Below, piece by piece: positions 11,193-20,904 of a stretch of DNA of 49,477 bases. The notes under the pieces are model-generated. The model had not been told where the DNA came from. It saw nothing but the letters and a program-made list of their open reading frames with translations, and did not search any database. The stretch is from Actinomycetota bacterium (lineage in GTDB: Bacteria > Actinomycetota > Actinomycetes > Nanopelagicales > Nanopelagicaceae), in the NCBI GenBank assembly GCA_041165825.1, contig JBEAMT010000092.1, forward strand, positions 1 through 49,477. Reading direction: 5' to 3'. The stretch's first letter is position 1, and every line of letters starts with the position of its first letter. Both the position numbers and the translations under genes were made by a program.

Positions 11193-12131
11193 TTACGGCA
11201 GAACTGCCTCGGATAGCAACGCCAGGCAAGCCTGAAGGTCAGGTGCATAGGGAGCCTTGAGAACGAGTTCTTCTGAAGAGACGGGATGTTTGAAACGTAG
11301 TTCTAACGCATGGAGCCAAGGACGTGACATAGCCAATGATTTACCAAGTACTGGATCCGCGCCATAAGTTGTATCACCGACCAGCGGATGATTTAACGCC
11401 GAGAAGTGAACACGAATTTGATGTGTACGCCCTGTTTCAAGTTCCACTTTTACTAGCGAAACTGAACGATAAAACTCAATTACCTCGTAGTGCGTAATGC
11501 TTTCTTTACCCTCAGCAACTACCGCAAAGCGATGGTCTTCTTTGGGGTGGCGATCAATTGGGGCATCGATGGTTCCAGATGATGGATCCATATGTCCCTG
11601 AACTAGAGCGTGATAAGTCTTTTCAACTTCGTGATTGCGAAAGGCGTCTTTTAGTCGAGTGTATGCGAGATCAGTTTTGGCAACAATCATTAATCCGCTT
11701 GTTCCGACATCTAAGCGATGAACTATTCCAGCGCGCTCTGCTGGACCTGATGTAGAGATTGTGTAGCCGGCCGCCATAAGTGCACCAACAACTGTGGGAC
11801 CCATCCAGCCAGGGCTCGGATGTGCTGCGCATCCAACCGGCTTGTCAATAACCACAATATGTTCGTCATCATAAACAACGTGAAGACCTGCTAGTGGAGT
11901 TAACGGGATTGGATCTTGATTTAGTGGCTCTGGCATAAGTACATCAATGACCTGGCCGCTTGTGACTCGCTCAGATTTGACCATTGCGCGACCTGATGTC
12001 GTTATATCTCCATCTTCGAGAAGTTTTACGATGGTAGTTCGCGATAGACCTAGAACGCGCGTAAGTGCGCTATCAATTCTTTCTCCGGCAACTCCTTCTG
12101 GAACGCTTAATGTGCGCGCTTCGCGTGACAT
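11193..12131 (-). CDS. rluD: RluA-family pseudouridine synthase (RluD-like)
   Basis: N-terminal S4-like region, VHRLDVGTSG catalytic motif, TGRTHQIRVH. Confidence 0.9.
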   Translation of the reverse strand: MSREARTLSVPEGVAGERIDSALTRVLGLSRTTIVKLLEDGDITTSGRAMVKSERVTSGQVIDVLMPEPLNQDPIPLTPLAGLHVVYDDEHIVVIDKPVGCAAHPSPGWMGPTVVGALMAAGYTISTSGPAERAGIVHRLDVGTSGLMIVAKTDLAYTRLKDAFRNHEVEKTYHALVQGHMDPSSGTIDAPIDRHPKEDHRFAVVAEGKESITHYEVIEFYRSVSLVKVELETGRTHQIRVHFSALNHPLVGDTTYGADPVLGKSLAMSRPWLHALELRFKHPVSSEELVLKAPYAPDLQACLALLSEAVLP

Positions 12132-12677
12132 TTACGCCTCCTCAGAGTTCTCTTTTTTCTCGATATTAATTGGTTCTATCGGAGAAACATTTTTGATGGA
12201 AAGGACTACAGCGATAACTGCTGCGACCACAATAGCGCTATCTGCAATGTTAAATACCGGCCAATTGGGTAGCTCAATCCAATCGATTACATGGCCAGTG
12301 AAGAAGCCTGGCGCACGGAAGATTCGATCAGAAAGGTTTCCTAAAATGCCGCCCAAGGCAAGACCGAGAACAACTACCCAACTCTTGGAATTTATCCGCG
12401 GAGAATAATAGGCGATCGCGGCAACTACAAAGCAAGCAAAAATCGAAAAGAGAACAGTTGCTTCTTGGGCAAAACTAAATGCGGCACCAGAATTTTTTAC
12501 TAGGGTAAATTGCAAGATAGACCCGATTACCTTGATCGGATCCCGCGGATCTAAATTGTTTAACGCCCAGCTCTTTGTTGCGAAATCAGTTAGCCAGATG
12601 ACCCAGGCGATAAAGTAGAGGCGCTTAACCAGTCGAAACTTTGACTTATCAAACTTTGAGTTAGTTGAAGGGCGCAC
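12132..12677 (-). CDS. lspA: Lipoprotein signal peptidase II
   Basis: N.GAAFS, GNL.DR, VIDWI, PVFNIADS. Confidence 0.95.
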   Translation of the reverse strand: MRPSTNSKFDKSKFRLVKRLYFIAWVIWLTDFATKSWALNNLDPRDPIKVIGSILQFTLVKNSGAAFSFAQEATVLFSIFACFVVAAIAYYSPRINSKSWVVVLGLALGGILGNLSDRIFRAPGFFTGHVIDWIELPNWPVFNIADSAIVVAAVIAVVLSIKNVSPIEPINIEKKENSEEA

Positions 12678-12678
12678 C

Positions 12679-13548
12679 TTAGCGGCGCTCTTCCTTCTGC
12701 TTGCAGATCATGCAGAGAGTCGCGCGAGGAAAAACTTGTAAGCGCGCTTTACCTATTGGACTTCCACATTCCTCGCAATTTCCATAAGTTTTATTGTCAA
12801 TGCGATCAAGGGCGCGCTCAGTCTGCAAGACCATATCGCGCGCATTTATCACTAGTGACATTTCATGTTCACGTTCAAACGTTTTTGTTCCAGAATCTGC
12901 CTGATCATCTCCGGCGCCTTCACCAGATTCTGCGATCAACTCATCCATCTCGGCTTCAACTTCTGCAAGCTCGCGGCGTAGGCGATCGAGATCAGCAGAG
13001 ATTTCTGCACGAACTGCTTTCAACTCGGCAGCAGTCCATGGAGCTTCGCTTTCGCTTGCGGTTACCGGAGTTGGTGCAGCTTTGATTGGCTTTAGAGGTG
13101 CAACTTTCTTGCCAGACTTAATTGGTCTTGGCGGTGGGGGCATTACTAGTCGGCGTTCTTCAATAACAGGCGCAGCTACCGGCGCAACAACTGTTGCAAC
13201 GCTAACCGTTTGAGATTTTTCATCAACGGTGAGAGTTGTCTTCCCGGCCTTTGAAGGGAAAGGGCGACCAGGCGCTTTCTTAACTGCGCTTTTTTTCGCA
13301 ACCGCTTTCTTAACCGCGGCTTTCTTAACAGGAGATTTCTTGGCTGGTGACTTCTTGGCTGGTGACTTCTTGGCTGGTGACTTCTTGGCCATTTTTTTAC
13401 CAGCAGTTTTCTTGGCAGCAGCTTTCTTGGCAGGAGCTTTTTTCGCTGCAGGCTTGGCTGCCTTCTTTATAGCCTTCTTACCGGGCTTGTTTTTTGCTGG
13501 CACGCCGCGCACCTTATGCCCTTTTCTGCGCCCTACCAACTTTGCCAC
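12679..13548 (-). CDS. Histone H1-like N-domain fused to a DksA/TraR C4 zinc finger (DdbA-like)
   Basis: Lys/Ala/Pro-rich PAKK repeats, coiled coil with DQAD tip, CEEC...CMIC zinc finger. The true start may be GTG at 13503 (AAGGTG SD-like upstream). Confidence 0.88.
   Translation of the reverse strand: MAKLVGRRKGHKVRGVPAKNKPGKKAIKKAAKPAAKKAPAKKAAAKKTAGKKMAKKSPAKKSPAKKSPAKKSPVKKAAVKKAVAKKSAVKKAPGRPFPSKAGKTTLTVDEKSQTVSVATVVAPVAAPVIEERRLVMPPPPRPIKSGKKVAPLKPIKAAPTPVTASESEAPWTAAELKAVRAEISADLDRLRRELAEVEAEMDELIAESGEGAGDDQADSGTKTFEREHEMSLVINARDMVLQTERALDRIDNKTYGNCEECGSPIGKARLQVFPRATLCMICKQKEERR
13337..13389. repeat. Intragenic 15-bp tandem repeat (TTCTTGGCTGGTGAC x3.5) encoding AKKSP units
   Basis: Identical units at 13337, 13352 and 13367, plus a partial unit at 13382. 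Confidence 0.9.
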
Positions 13549-13610
13549 TCACTGACCGCACAAATTCTTGACCAGTTTGGCTACATGGCGGGCGTTAGAC
13601 TCAGATCCTT

Positions 13611-16600
13611 ATGAATTCTCCAAAGAAGATGCGCCCGATTTCCGCTGCGATCGACCTCCCAGGTATGGAGCGTTCGATTTTGGATTTCTGGAGTAAAAAT
13701 TCAATTTTTGAGGCGAGCACGCAAGCTCGTAGTGGTGCAGAACCTTGGAATTTCTACGAAGGCCCACCGACTGCAAATGGCATGCCCGGAACCCACCATA
13801 TTGAAGCGCGTGTCTTTAAGGATGTTTTTCCTCGTTACCAGACGATGAAGGGTAAATATGTAACTCGCAAAGCAGGCTGGGATTGCCACGGACTGCCAGT
13901 GGAGATTGCGGTAGAAAAAGAGTTAGGTTTTTCTGGAAAAGGCGATATTGAAAAATATGGGATCGCAGCATTTAACGATAAATGTCGCGAATCGGTAACG
14001 CGCCACGTAGGTGCATTTACAGCAATGACCAACCGTATGGGTTTCTGGGTTGATTTTGATCAGGCTTACTGGACGATGGCGCCTGAGTATGTGGAAAGCG
14101 TCTGGTGGAGCCTTAAAGAGATTTGGAAGAAGGGGCTACTTGTTCAAGATCATCGCGTTGCTCCATATTGTCCACGTTGCGGCACCGGACTTTCAGATCA
14201 CGAATTAGCACAAGGTTATGAAACAGTTACTGACCCTTCAGTTTATGTTCGCTTCCCTGTTACATCTGGTGATTTAGCAGAACTTGGCGCGAATTTACTT
14301 GTCTGGACAACTACGCCTTGGACCTTGGTTTCCAATACCGCAGTTGCCGTACACCCAGATGTTGATTATTCAGTTGTCGAAGTTATCTTGGAAGAAAATC
14401 GTGAAGTATTAGTGGTTGCAGAGGCGCTATTGAGTGCGCTAACTGGTGAAATAAGAGTTTTAAAGACGGTTAAAGGTAAGGATCTTGAGCGTGTTACTTA
14501 CAAGCGCCCATTGGATTTAATCGAGATACCCGATTCTCACTTTATTGTTCTGGCAACTTATGTCACCACTGAGGATGGAACCGGCCTTGTTCACCAATCT
14601 CCAGCCTTTGGCGCGGATGATCTAGCGGTTTGCCGCGCTTATGGATTGCCTGTTGTAAATCCAATCGCACCAGATGGCACATTCTCGCCTGAAGTTCCAC
14701 TTGTTGGAGGGGTTTTCTTTAAGGAAGCCGATAAGACTCTAGTTAAGGAACTTAAGTCGCGAGGTGTTCTTTATAAGCATCAACCATTCGAACACCCGTA
14801 TCCACATTGCTGGCGTTGTCACACAGCCCTTATTTATTACGCGCAACCATCTTGGTACATCCGCACAACTTCAATTAAGGCTGAGTTGATCCGTGAAAAT
14901 GCCAAAACCGATTGGCATCCCGAGACAATTAAAACTGGGCGCTACGGCGATTGGCTAAATAACAATATCGACTGGGCGCTTTCGCGTAATCGCTTCTGGG
15001 GTACTCCGTTACCTATTTGGAGATGTGAAGACAAACATGAAGTTTGCGTAGATTCGCTATCTGAACTCGGCTCCCTTGCTGGGAAAGAACTTTCGAATCT
15101 CGATCCTCATCGTCCATTTGTCGATGACATCACTTTTGCTTGTGCAGAATGTTCAAAAATTATGGTTCGCGTACCTGAGGTAATTGATTGCTGGTATGAC
15201 TCAGGTGCCATGCCATTCGCTCAGTGGGGCTACCCACACAAGCCCGGATCAGTAGAAAAATTCAAAGCTGCTTATCCAGCCGACTTTATCTGCGAAGCAA
15301 TCGATCAAACTCGTGGTTGGTTCTATACCTTGATGACAATTGGCACCTTAGTTTTTGATAAGAGTTCTTATAAGAGCGTGCTTTGCTTAGGCCACATCCT
15401 TGATAAAGATGGTCGCAAGATGAGTAAGCACTTAGGTAATGTTCTTGAACCTATCTCACTTATGGATCAACATGGTGCAGATGCCGTTCGTTGGTACATG
15501 TTGGCAGCAGGATCTCCGTGGTCTGCCCGCCGCGTGGGACACGATGCCATCAGTGATGTTGTTCGCAAGACTTTACTCACCTACTGGAACACCATCTCTT
15601 TTCATACGCTATATGCCGAGGCCTCCGGTTTTGAGTTAAGTCAATCGCCTGCCGTTAAGGATCGTTCGATGATGGATAAGTGGATAATCAGCGAATTAAA
15701 TTCACTCGTTCAAGAGGTAGATAAGTCATACTCTGAATTCGATTCGCAGAACGCTGGCAGGGTTTTAGCAAAATTTATCGACGACTTGTCTAACTGGTAT
15801 GTCCGTAGATCACGTCGACGTTTCTGGGATGGCGAAACGGCTGCGCTGGCAACTCTGCACGAATGCTTAGTCACTCTTACTCAGCTCCTTGCCCCTATGG
15901 TTCCCTTTATTACCGAACATGTTTGGCAAGAGTTGGTCAAAGTTGCAGATCCATCTGCTGCCTCATCGGTGCACTTAACTGATTTTCCGATCGCTGATCC
16001 ATCCTTTATTAATCTTGATTTAAATGCCCAGGTTGCCATGACTCGTCGCGTCGTAGAACTTGGGCGCTCAGCACGAGCTGAGTCAGCGATAAAAATTCGC
16101 CAACCGTTGCAACGCGCGCTGATCTCTGCAACTGGCTGGTCAACACTTCCAGTAGATATGAAAGCGCAGATCGCAGATGAGTTAAACGTTATCGACTTAG
16201 CAGATATCGCAGACGCGGATGGAGATCTCGTAGATATCTCGGTCAAGGCCAACTTCAAATCCCTTGGGGCTAAGTTTGGTAAAGAAGTTCAAGATATTGC
16301 TAAGGCTATTGCCGGAACGGATGCAACCGAGTTGGTTAAGGGGCTACGCAAAAATGGCAGCGCCAAAGTCGGTAGTTGGGAGATTGACTTGGCTGATCTT
16401 GTAGTTACCGAGGTTCCGAAGTCAGGTTGGATGGTGGCAAGCCACGATGGTGAATCAGTTGCTTTAGATTTGTCTCTATCGCCTGCTCTTATTGAAGCTG
16501 GATATGTGCGAGAGGTAATTAGATTTATTCAAGAGCGTCGCAAGAGTGATGGCTTTGAGATTTCAGATCGAATAAAAGTTCGCTGGAACGCAGATCCATC

Positions 16601-16733
16601 AGTGGCTTCTGCAATTGAGAACGCGAAATCTCACATCAGTGATGAAGTTCTGGCAGTTGAATTCGAAAAAGATACCACCATTACAGCCAGTGATAACGAA
16701 TTAGGAATTGAAGTATTCCTAAATAAAGCTTAA
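13611..16733 (+). CDS. ileS: Isoleucyl-tRNA synthetase (type 2, actinobacterial)
   Basis: EGPPTANG, GWDCHGLP, WTTTPWT, GTGLVH, DQTRGWF, KMSKH. Confidence 0.97.
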   Translation: MNSPKKMRPISAAIDLPGMERSILDFWSKNSIFEASTQARSGAEPWNFYEGPPTANGMPGTHHIEARVFKDVFPRYQTMKGKYVTRKAGWDCHGLPVEIAVEKELGFSGKGDIEKYGIAAFNDKCRESVTRHVGAFTAMTNRMGFWVDFDQAYWTMAPEYVESVWWSLKEIWKKGLLVQDHRVAPYCPRCGTGLSDHELAQGYETVTDPSVYVRFPVTSGDLAELGANLLVWTTTPWTLVSNTAVAVHPDVDYSVVEVILEENREVLVVAEALLSALTGEIRVLKTVKGKDLERVTYKRPLDLIEIPDSHFIVLATYVTTEDGTGLVHQSPAFGADDLAVCRAYGLPVVNPIAPDGTFSPEVPLVGGVFFKEADKTLVKELKSRGVLYKHQPFEHPYPHCWRCHTALIYYAQPSWYIRTTSIKAELIRENAKTDWHPETIKTGRYGDWLNNNIDWALSRNRFWGTPLPIWRCEDKHEVCVDSLSELGSLAGKELSNLDPHRPFVDDITFACAECSKIMVRVPEVIDCWYDSGAMPFAQWGYPHKPGSVEKFKAAYPADFICEAIDQTRGWFYTLMTIGTLVFDKSSYKSVLCLGHILDKDGRKMSKHLGNVLEPISLMDQHGADAVRWYMLAAGSPWSARRVGHDAISDVVRKTLLTYWNTISFHTLYAEASGFELSQSPAVKDRSMMDKWIISELNSLVQEVDKSYSEFDSQNAGRVLAKFIDDLSNWYVRRSRRRFWDGETAALATLHECLVTLTQLLAPMVPFITEHVWQELVKVADPSAASSVHLTDFPIADPSFINLDLNAQVAMTRRVVELGRSARAESAIKIRQPLQRALISATGWSTLPVDMKAQIADELNVIDLADIADADGDLVDISVKANFKSLGAKFGKEVQDIAKAIAGTDATELVKGLRKNGSAKVGSWEIDLADLVVTEVPKSGWMVASHDGESVALDLSLSPALIEAGYVREVIRFIQERRKSDGFEISDRIKVRWNADPSVASAIENAKSHISDEVLAVEFEKDTTITASDNELGIEVFLNKA

Positions 16734-16742
16734 AACTGCAAG

Positions 16743-17024
16743 TTAGAGCACAACTACGATTATGCTCTTTGCCAGGCTAATTCCGATTAAGAGAACGATA
16801 AATGAGAGATCAATCGCCACTCCTCCTAGACGAAGCGGTGGCACAAAGCGACCTACAAATTTCATAGGTGGATCAGTAATCGAATAAATTAATTCGAAGA
16901 AGGCGATCAAAAATGACTTCGGGCGCCAATTCGGAGCAAAAATTCTTGCATAATCAACTATCAAACGAATAAATAGCGCATACTTAAAAAGATCAAGGAG
17001 TGTGAGCAGAAGGGAAGTAATCAT
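16743..17024 (-). CDS. yggT: YggT/SepG family membrane protein
   Basis: TDPP...PPLRLGGV.IDLSF motif, directly after sepF. Confidence 0.9.
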   Translation of the reverse strand: MITSLLLTLLDLFKYALFIRLIVDYARIFAPNWRPKSFLIAFFELIYSITDPPMKFVGRFVPPLRLGGVAIDLSFIVLLIGISLAKSIIVVVL

Positions 17025-17044
17025 TTATTATCTATGCGATTTAA

Positions 17045-17512
17045 TCAGCTCTGATTAAAGAAACTTGCCTGCGCTGCTGCAGTCTTATCTTCGCTGCTGA
17101 CATTGACATTCGCTGGTGAGAGAAGGAATACCTTGTGGCTAACTCTTTCGATACGGCCATGAAGACCAAAGACAAGTCCACTTGCAAAGTCGACTAAACG
17201 TTTGCGTTCACTTTCTTCCATATCATCGAGGTTAATGATTACTGGATTTCCTTCACGATAGTGCTCACCCATTTTGCGCGCTTCAGAGTAAGAGCGTGGT
17301 TGCAAAGTGACTATGTGGTAATTCGAATCTTGTACTGGAGCAACTGCGACAGTTGAACCAACAACAGTGACACCGGCACGATCACGAGTAGGGCGTGCTA
17401 TCTCGCGAGCTGGGCGATCAGTATTGCGAGCTGGAGTTGCTTCTTGTTGCTGGGCATCTTCATCGGTATCTACCAAACCTAGGTAGCCCATCATTTTATT
17501 GAGTGCAGACAT
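17045..17512 (-). CDS. sepF: Cell division protein SepF
   Basis: N-terminal amphipathic YLGL, RLVDFASGL, VFLLSP, C-terminal FFNQS. Confidence 0.95.
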   Translation of the reverse strand: MSALNKMMGYLGLVDTDEDAQQQEATPARNTDRPAREIARPTRDRAGVTVVGSTVAVAPVQDSNYHIVTLQPRSYSEARKMGEHYREGNPVIINLDDMEESERKRLVDFASGLVFGLHGRIERVSHKVFLLSPANVNVSSEDKTAAAQASFFNQS

Positions 17513-17521
17513 AGGTAAAGG

Positions 17522-18214
17522 TTAAGGGTGGTAGGTCCGCGAACCGAGGATTTGGCTACCTACCCGGATATGTGTCGCGCCATGGGCGATGGCAATTTCA
17601 AAGTCTGAACTCATTCCAGCCGAGAGTGATTTAGCGCTCGGAAATTTTGATCTAAATCGTTGGTGAATTTCGGCAATCTCGGTAAATGCCAGTGCGTGTT
17701 CATACTCAACAGGGGGCACGCACATTAACCCTTTCAGTTCTAACGCAGAGCTAGCGGCTACCGTCTCACCGAGAGCAGCCAAATCTTCTTCTACTGCTCC
17801 CCCTCGATCTGCAGCGCCATCTAAAGAAAGCTGAATGAATACGCCCATTTTCTTCTGAGTCTCTTCACAAATCCGATTCAATTTTTCAATATGGCTAATT
17901 TGATCAAGTGAATGAATTACATCTGCCCAGGCTGCGATTTCACGTAACTTCCTGCTTTGTACCTGCCCTTGATAGTGCCATGTCCCAGGAATCGCTGAGG
18001 ATTTTTCAGATCCTTCCTCAGTTCGATTCTCACCAAAATTGGACTGACCTAATTCGCGAAGAATTGCCACATCTTCAATGGGATAGGTCTTGGTGACTGC
18101 GATCAAAGTTATCTCTGAGATATCTCGCCTCGCCGATTGGGCTGCCTTGGCAATCCGAGACTGCACATCATGAAGTGATTGGCTGATGAACTCGCGACGT
18201 TCTGTCATATCCAA
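17522..18214 (-). CDS. yggS: PLP-binding protein YggS/YlmE
   Basis: AVTKT (PLP lysine), FGEN, SAGMSSD, GATHIRVG. Confidence 0.93.
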   Translation of the reverse strand: MDMTERREFISQSLHDVQSRIAKAAQSARRDISEITLIAVTKTYPIEDVAILRELGQSNFGENRTEEGSEKSSAIPGTWHYQGQVQSRKLREIAAWADVIHSLDQISHIEKLNRICEETQKKMGVFIQLSLDGAADRGGAVEEDLAALGETVAASSALELKGLMCVPPVEYEHALAFTEIAEIHQRFRSKFPSAKSLSAGMSSDFEIAIAHGATHIRVGSQILGSRTYHP

Positions 18215-18870
18215 ACCAAACCTGCCTGGCGCCCCGTAATACCATCTCGACGATAGGAGTAAAGATCACTATTTTCTTGCGTACATCTACTTTGATTATC
18301 AATCTTTCTTATCTTCGAATTCTTAAGGTCTTTGATTAGGCCGTTAATTAGATCTAAAGCGGGTGTGCCTTGCGACGTCCTGCTTGCGCTCTCTGGATGA
18401 CTTGCAATAACTTCGTTAAAAATCTCATCTGAAACTTCGTAACATTCACCGCAGATTGCCGGCCCGATAACTGCAGAAATCTCCGCCCCCGAAATTTCTC
18501 TCATTACTTCGATAGCTTTTGCGGCAACGCCATTTACCAATCCTTTACGACCAACATGAACCGCCGCTACAGCATCTTCTGACCTAAGCAAGAGTGGGAT
18601 GCAATCTGCCACCATTACAGCCAATGTGATCCCAGGAATTCCGGTAACTAAGGCATCTGCTGTCGGTACCTCCTCTGTAACTTCTTCAATTATCGCTACG
18701 CGATTGCCATGAACCTGGCTCATATATTGCGTAGGTCCGAACCTTGCAGAAATGATTGCGCGATTGGCGGCAACTATCTCCGGGCTATCACCAACGTGGT
18801 CACCCAAATTTAAGGATGCGAACTGATTAGAGCTAGCGCCACCTAAGCGATCGGTAAAGAAGATGCCCAT
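18205..18870 (-). CDS. pgeF: Peptidoglycan editing factor / polyphenol-oxidase-like PgeF (YlmD/YfiH)
   Basis: LNLG.HVGD, QVHG, ADCIP, HVGRKG, GPAICG.CYEV, YSYRR. Confidence 0.93.
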   Translation of the reverse strand: MGIFFTDRLGGASSNQFASLNLGDHVGDSPEIVAANRAIISARFGPTQYMSQVHGNRVAIIEEVTEEVPTADALVTGIPGITLAVMVADCIPLLLRSEDAVAAVHVGRKGLVNGVAAKAIEVMREISGAEISAVIGPAICGECYEVSDEIFNEVIASHPESASRTSQGTPALDLINGLIKDLKNSKIRKIDNQSRCTQENSDLYSYRRDGITGRQAGLVWI

Positions 18871-18902
18871 AGCTAACTCACTCGCTTTTGGAGCGAAGTT
18901 AA

Positions 18903-20033
18903 TTACTTCATAAAATCTGGTACGTCGATCTCATCTTCAGCAACGAGATCTTCAAAAGTAACGCGCTTACGTGGTGCGCTGGCATCCAGGTCAAGGGCTA
19001 CCGATATTGGATCGTTGCTTGGGATCGGATCAGCGATACCTGAAAGGCTCGCTTTATCAATTACAGGTACAGAAACTTTTTTAGGTTCACCACCATCAAA
19101 GCCTGCTGCAATTACGGTAATACGCACCTCATCACCCAATGCATCATCAATCGTAGTTCCAAAGATGATGCGCGCATTTGGGTGCGCGGCCGCCTGTACT
19201 AATTCGCAAGCCTCGTTTATCTCAAAGAGGCCAAGATCTGATCCGCCTGCAACGGAAAGCAAAACACCCATCGCACCATCGATTGAAGCCTCTAACAATG
19301 GGCTTGAGATTGCGAGTTCTGCAGCACGTGTTGCACGATTTTCACCGCGCGCAGAGCCAATACCCATTAGGGCAGAACCGGCATCTGTCATAACAGTTTT
19401 AACATCTGCGAAATCAAGATTGATTAAACCAGGCTGAGTGATTATCTCCGTAATTCCCTGTACGCCTGAAAGGAGAACTTGATCAGCGCTCTTAAATGCA
19501 TCAACAGCGGTGATGTTGCGATCTGAAATCGCAAGTAAACGATCGTTTGGAATAACAATCAAGGTATCTACTTCTGCGCGAAGTAATTCGATACCTTCAT
19601 CTGCTTGCGATGAACGGATCTTTCCTTCGAAAGAAAAGGGACGTGTAACAACACCAATTGTTAGCGCGCCAAGATCGCGAGCAATCTTTGCAACTATTGG
19701 TGCGCCACCAGTTCCGGTTCCGCCACCTTCACCTGCAGTAACGAATACCATATCTGCGCCACGCAAAATTTCTTCAATATCTTCTGTGTGATCAATTGCT
19801 GCTTGACGTCCTTTTTCAGGAGCAGCACCTGCACCAAGGCCCTTAGTTGATGCGCGACCAATATCTAGCTTCACATCAGCATCACTCATCAAAAGATGTT
19901 GTGCATCGGTATTAATTGCAATGAACTCAACGCCTTTTAATCCAACATCAATCATGCGATTGATTGCGTTAACTCCACCACCACCAATTCCAACTACTTT
20001 GATGACAGCTAAATAGTTCTGTGGTGCAGCCAC
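18903..20033 (-). CDS. ftsZ: Cell division protein FtsZ
   Basis: GGGGVNA, GGGTGTG, NLDFAD, C-terminal DVPDFMK. AAAGGAGG SD before GTG. Confidence 0.98.
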   Translation of the reverse strand: MAAPQNYLAVIKVVGIGGGGVNAINRMIDVGLKGVEFIAINTDAQHLLMSDADVKLDIGRASTKGLGAGAAPEKGRQAAIDHTEDIEEILRGADMVFVTAGEGGGTGTGGAPIVAKIARDLGALTIGVVTRPFSFEGKIRSSQADEGIELLRAEVDTLIVIPNDRLLAISDRNITAVDAFKSADQVLLSGVQGITEIITQPGLINLDFADVKTVMTDAGSALMGIGSARGENRATRAAELAISSPLLEASIDGAMGVLLSVAGGSDLGLFEINEACELVQAAAHPNARIIFGTTIDDALGDEVRITVIAAGFDGGEPKKVSVPVIDKASLSGIADPIPSNDPISVALDLDASAPRKRVTFEDLVAEDEIDVPDFMK

Positions 20034-20051
20034 AATGTCCTCCTTTAGAAC

Positions 20052-20076
20052 TGTAAACCTCTACTTGAGAATTACA
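20052..20076. promoter_or_regulatory. Imperfect inverted repeat upstream of ftsZ (putative operator)
   Basis: TGTAAACCTC-tactt-GAGAATTACA, 8/10 arm match, just upstream of the ftsZ SD. Confidence 0.45.
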
Positions 20077-20209
20077 TTTCTACTCTTTGTAATGAGGGCA
20101 ACGTAAGGCGTTAGGCAAGCGAAAGCAAAGACCGACTCAAAGAATTTTTATCTAATTTAAAAGTTTTCTCTGCTGAAAAAACCGCAAAATTAAATGAAGT
20201 TTTTTTAGA

Positions 20210-20896
20210 TTATTTAACGATTGGGGCATGTGGTGCGCTGACATCGATCATCCGCAAATTTTTATTTTCTTCTCGTTGTAGCAAAGCTTCTATGACCTGA
20301 ACCTTCAGATCAATATCATCACCATTTCCCCAAATGATTCTTAGATCTTGTCCTTGAAATTGACCATATATCAAGAAATTATCGGCGCGAGCAGCGCTCA
20401 TCCGGTCAATATTCTTGCTAAAGCTTTCTGGCAGTGAAGTGAATACTTCGATCGCCGCTAGACCACCCTCCACTGACTTCGCGCTAACTTTGGGAAGTCC
20501 ATCAGCAATCTCGGCAGGAGTTGCGAAGGTTTTGCCGGAAGCGTCAAGTACTACTTGAGGTTTACCTGGTTCGTTATAAAGAGCGATTGGTTTTCTAATT
20601 GTTATCGAAATCGCAACTTTCCCGTTGATCCAGTTTCGAGAAACCTGCGAAGTTTCGATCCATTCGATGGAGCGCAATCTATTTGAGAGAGATCGCGGAT
20701 CGACTCTGGCTAACTTATCGCCCGTAGCAATGTTTAACGAGCGAGCGACTGCCAACTGACTTTCTTTAGTTGGTGCGCCTAAAATCTCTACGCTCCTAAC
20801 TGAAAGAAGCGAAGACCAGCCGAGTAGATATGATCCCGCACCAAATATCAGAACTAGCGCAATGGCTAGGCGAACCGATCTAGAAGTGATTTTCAT
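20210..20896 (-). CDS. ftsQ: Cell division protein FtsQ/DivIB
   Basis: Single TM, POTRA-like region, C-terminal IDVSAP.AP; lies between murC and ftsZ. Confidence 0.9.
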   Translation of the reverse strand: MKITSRSVRLAIALVLIFGAGSYLLGWSSLLSVRSVEILGAPTKESQLAVARSLNIATGDKLARVDPRSLSNRLRSIEWIETSQVSRNWINGKVAISITIRKPIALYNEPGKPQVVLDASGKTFATPAEIADGLPKVSAKSVEGGLAAIEVFTSLPESFSKNIDRMSAARADNFLIYGQFQGQDLRIIWGNGDDIDLKVQVIEALLQREENKNLRMIDVSAPHAPIVK

Positions 20897-20904
20897 TTTT
20901 TTTG

